This document shows, one piece after another, positions 9,685 through 12,985 of a DNA stretch of 12,985 nt (its first letter is position 1; each line of letters starts with the position of its first letter). The stretch spans positions 1 through 12,985 of the forward strand of contig JADGIF010000246.1 in assembly GCA_018985225.1 (NCBI GenBank), read 5' to 3'. The translations under genes were made by a program, and so were the position numbers. The notes beneath the pieces were generated by a model. It searched no databases, was not told where the DNA came from, and saw only the letters and a program-made list of their open reading frames with translations. Source of the stretch: Amoeboradix gromovi X-113. Taxonomy: Eukaryota; Fungi; Sanchytriomycota.

Positions 9685-10680
9685 TTAAGGACTACTACGA
9701 ATAAACATAATTTGATTAATAACAGACATATTGCATTTTAAACATCTCTCACTCATTTGACGTTCAACTTCTTGTTTAAAATCGTCTATAACTTCATCCG
9801 ATGTATCTTTAAACACAGTCAACTGTTTGAAATATTCTTTCTTTGAAAATTGAAAGAACTGTTCCCAAATATGCTGTTCTGGAAATAACCAGTTTTTACA
9901 TTGTTTGTAAGATGGCTCAATTATGTGACTATTTTCTAGCAGTTTATAATGTGCTTCATCATACAAAAATCTATCTTGAATTATTTTTGATCTCTGTGTT
10001 ATAGCTTCTCTGAAATCATTGAAAATGATTTCATCCCCTTCAAGTACAGTTACAGTAAATACAGAGTAGCAAATAAGAGTTTTGTAGGTCGCATTATCAA
10101 ATTTCAACACTGCTTTTGGAAATTGTTCATTTTTGAATTTATATCGTTGAACAAGAATAAATGAATAGGGGACTAGTGATTCGACAATGCTGTTGGCCGA
10201 CACTGAATCTACGCTGATGCTATGCTTTTGGAATTTCAAGTCGGTAGATGATACCTTTTTAATTATAATTGAACAATTCATATCTTCGCGGACAACCAAT
10301 TTGACCCAAATATTCAATTCTGTCAATTTCTTGCAAAGAAACACTTCTAAAAACCTTTCCATCTTACCATCATGATCCCAATTATTAAGGTATTTCTGGT
10401 CAGCATTGATGTGCTTTGTAATGTGGATTGGCGAGACATCTAAAGCATCGGAATGAATAAATCCTTGAATTATTTTAGCCAATTCCTCTTCTTTGCCTGT
10501 AATCCAGTCTCGAATAGATTCATTTGATATATTCTGAATATTCTCAATAGACTTGATAATTTTATCATCAAAAGATTTTTCCAAAACAACTTCTCTCATG
10601 TTACAATAGGAAAATATTATTTTTTCCAGAGTAGCGAACACTATTGTTGTCATGATTGTGAAGGTGAAATGTGTTGACAT
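9685..10680 (-). CDS. Hypothetical protein, 331 aa
   Basis: Uninterrupted 996-nt ATG-to-TAA ORF in AT-rich DNA. No motif recognised; the real start may be a downstream ATG. Confidence 0.65.
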   Translation of the reverse strand: MSTHFTFTIMTTIVFATLEKIIFSYCNMREVVLEKSFDDKIIKSIENIQNISNESIRDWITGKEEELAKIIQGFIHSDALDVSPIHITKHINADQKYLNNWDHDGKMERFLEVFLCKKLTELNIWVKLVVREDMNCSIIIKKVSSTDLKFQKHSISVDSVSANSIVESLVPYSFILVQRYKFKNEQFPKAVLKFDNATYKTLICYSVFTVTVLEGDEIIFNDFREAITQRSKIIQDRFLYDEAHYKLLENSHIIEPSYKQCKNWLFPEQHIWEQFFQFSKKEYFKQLTVFKDTSDEVIDDFKQEVERQMSERCLKCNMSVINQIMFIRSSP

Positions 10681-10955
10681 ACTTATGAACCAAATTATGT
10701 ATTGATTTTAGTGATCAAGATGCATTAAATAAATTTAAACACCCTAAAATCATGTATCGTGGAAGTTACCCTCAGAATTTAACAGATGCACCGTCAGTTG
10801 TAGATCAAGTATCAGTGTTGCCTACACATCCTGATATAGTACAACAATTAAGATTGGAAATTGCACAATTAAAACTTGATAAATGTAAATGAACAATAAA
10901 AATCAAAGGAATAAAAAAACAGTAAATTTCAATTGACCAATATTTATTTAATTTT

Positions 10956-12261
10956 TTAGTTATAAAATCCATGAAAGTCTTCTGGAACATATCTCATGAC
11001 ACGTCGAATGTCTGTCCTTTTTCTTTCTGTCAGTTCTGGACATGGTAATGTGTCTGGAATAAATTCATATTCTAGATCTACTAGATCATGGTCCTTTACA
11101 AGATCCAAAGTCACTGTCTCCGGACTACTAGCACCCACACACATGGTCACTTTACCTTTGGAAGCATTTGAAATTTTGAATTGCTGATAATTTGCAATCC
11201 CTCTGATATTCTTGAAAAAGTGATCCAAGCTGGATCGATAATCTTTGAATCGACTACTTGGAAAGATTTTACAAGTATTGGCAACAGATGCATCTTGAAT
11301 ACATGATTTTACCTGTTCCAATGTAGAACTACTTGTTACAGCGTACGCTCTCTTGATATGTCCAAAATTACCATCAGGTGCAAACTTTGTATGCCCTTTA
11401 ATCATAAACTTGAATTCTATCGTCTCACAATATTCCATGAGACATAGCCACATGAATACTTTTAACATGGTATTGTTTTTGTTTTGACCAACGCAATTAT
11501 CAGCATGTAAAACCAAGTGCCGGCGATCATTTGGAGGTAGACGGAAAATATAATCAATCAACATGCTAGCTACATTATTGCTTCATTTCTTACCCTGGTC
11601 TTCTCTGTAAATGTAATTCAGTTGCTTCTTGTTTGCTTCGTTGTGGATTCCAAAGAGATTGATATTCAACAAGGACATAAAGTATAATTCTGATGGCTGG
11701 TCTGCTAACTGAGGCAGTATAATGTTTTGAGAGTAGTCAAATGACAAGTGTGTGATATTGTGACGGCTCGTATCTCTATTATATTCAAGGCGTGCTTCCT
11801 TTGCGCATAGTAAATGTCGCCTATACTCGTTGGCAAGCTCCAAATTTTGAGCTTCTGATAATTCATTATTACTCAACTGTAGTTTATACTTGATGCAAGT
11901 ATCGCACATGTCGGATCGACTGCTTCTGATTTTTATGATTCCAATTTTATGATATAGTTTTCTAAAAGTTTCATATGAAATATCTCGAATATCTTGTAGC
12001 AGATACACTTCATGTAGTTTTTTCAACGTAAATATAGCAGGTAACCAAATAAAATCAACATCTCTTATACGATCCCATATCGTCTTCCAGGTTTCTTTTC
12101 TCCATGAATTAGTGCAAAATCTAGTATTCAGTCCTTTGTCAATTGTTTTTCAATTGGCGTCAATGCTGCTACGAATGGAATACCCTTGTTACCATGCTTT
12201 CTAGAGCAAAAAGCATCCATGTCGTTGATGATGTCTATCTGTTTATCGTAGCGTGTTTCCC
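10956..12261 (-). pseudogene. Sola-superfamily (Sola1-like) DDD transposase, disrupted and 5'-truncated
   Basis: RKHGNKG, HG..PGR, WLPA, SDMCDTC, SFDYSQN (D 11736-11738), QP..YF, FGIHNE, HADNCVGQNKN (D 11499-11501) and GHTKFAPDGNFG (D 11373-11375). In-frame TGA at 11583-11585 and 12128-12130, with a frameshift near 12075. Confidence 0.88.
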
Positions 12262-12849
12262 AATTGTTCCAAACAGTCTTTAAGCCGAGGTAGTCTAGCT
12301 CTTCTTTCTCTCGTCACTTCTTGATACTTATTAGTACCAACAGCTTATCTCCATTCTTCCTGTTCTAATTTAAAACATTTTCAGGTAATTCAAGGTATTC
12401 TAGTAGATCGACTTCACTATTGAAATGAGTTTGAGTATTTTCATACGCTCCAAATAGTGGAGTCTTAACTCCAGGATCTATTCCAATAAATTTATCATAA
12501 TTTTCTAAATTTAAAAGACTTCTTAATCCTTCTTTCTTCTTAACTGTTTCTTGAGTATACTTGCATTCTTCTTCATCCTTTCTTGATGAAACTAAATAAC
12601 CATCTGAATAATAAGTAAATTTAGGACCCTTAGGATTCTTTACATCTATAGAATCTTCAAAATTAATATGTCCAGGAATAAAATTAGGAAAACAGGATAA
12701 CTTGAGCTTCTTTGCTTGATTAAAATATTCTTCTTTCATCTTCTCATTAATCATTGTTTCTAAGATTTTCATGGACGTAAAGCTTTTATACTAAAATAAT
12801 TTACTTGAACCAGTCAGATTAATTTAATTTAGTATCGGTTAATACAATT
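12262..12849 (-). pseudogene. Fanzor1 nuclease, upstream half including RuvC-I, disrupted
   Basis: KFTYYSDGYLVS (like the Fanzor1 TDG..VS motif) and FIGIDPGVKT (RuvC-I D 12476-12478). After a frameshift near 12370 it reads EQEEWR*AVGTNKYQEVTRERR. Degraded coding sequence (SDWF..LF) appears to continue up to the 12850 element end. Confidence 0.85.
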
Positions 12850-12985
12850 TGGACATCAAATATAAAAACTGGACTAACTTTCTGTAACAACTTGGAACAT
12901 TATTTCCGCTTTATTACTTTATGGATTTAAAAGGCGAGTGGACATTCAGCTAGTTGCGGAGTTGACGAGTATGAAAGGAGAATAA
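12850..12985 (+). repeat. Transposon end inserted into the Fanzor gene; continues off the right edge of the window
   Basis: Near-identical to 9290-9426. It is preceded by AATT (12846-12849), and the first base reads T instead of G. Confidence 0.92.

Larger units (their letters stand above)
8071..12261. mobile_element. Sola-type DNA transposon insertion (~4.19 kb) nested in the Fanzor gene
   Basis: AATT on both sides (8067-8070 and 12262-12265). The ends are inverted repeats matching at 20/27 positions (gggacacatactacaataactagacag vs gggaaacacgctacgataaacagatag). Removal rejoins the Fanzor frame (LKDCLEQL|SRATSIEK). It contains a Sola-type transposase. Confidence 0.78.

Noticed and set aside
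7141-11187. Small ORFs 7141..7344, 7459..7653, 8136..8336, 8617..8910, 8889..9113, 9004..9210, 9490..9672, 10187..10375, 10805..10990 and 10996..11187
   Set aside because: Short, motif-free, and either crossing element junctions, antisense to better-supported features, or in AT-rich spacer DNA.
11583-12130. In-frame TGA codons in the transposase as stop-codon reassignment or readthrough
   Set aside because: One sits where Gly is expected (KK*SN) and one where Trp is plausible (KD*IL). GCD11 ends in TGA and the gene also has a frameshift, so ordinary decay explains them.
7370-12849. Bacterial IS200/IS605 or IS607 TnpB, or contamination
   Set aside because: No Y1 or serine TnpA is present. 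The ends are TIRs with 4-bp duplications, motifs are Fanzor1-like, and the same repeat abuts intron-containing host genes.
7147-12985. Recurring GGGACA... repeats as a CRISPR-like array
   Set aside because: Spacing is irregular (0.2-3.5 kb), both orientations occur and several have AATT flanks. They behave as transposon ends.

Overview
AT-rich, very compact eukaryotic DNA, probably an early-diverging fungus or relative, using the standard code. The left half (85-7150) holds four tightly packed host genes: a P5B-type ATPase (YPK9/ATP13A-like, +), eIF2-gamma (GCD11, -), ERV41/ERGIC2-like (-) and a short Tco89-motif ORF (-). Two of them are split by 19-nt and 20-nt GT-AG introns. The right half (7147-12985) is a nest of DNA transposons that the ORF track hides. 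A decayed Fanzor1 (eukaryotic TnpB-like RNA-guided nuclease) gene on the minus strand still has all three RuvC motifs (GIDPG, VDE, ERD). It stops 35 nt before a ~30-bp GGGACA... terminal repeat, and this end is the predicted omega-RNA/guide boundary. A 4.2-kb element with TIRs and an AATT target-site duplication splits the Fanzor gene in two. That element carries a Sola-type DDD transposase pseudogene, an intact 331-aa orphan ORF and a broken cargo gene. A second AATT-flanked element end interrupts the Fanzor gene at 12850. At least six related element ends occur, and near-identical copies of one end sit at both window edges. Family assignments come from motif recognition, not database searches.
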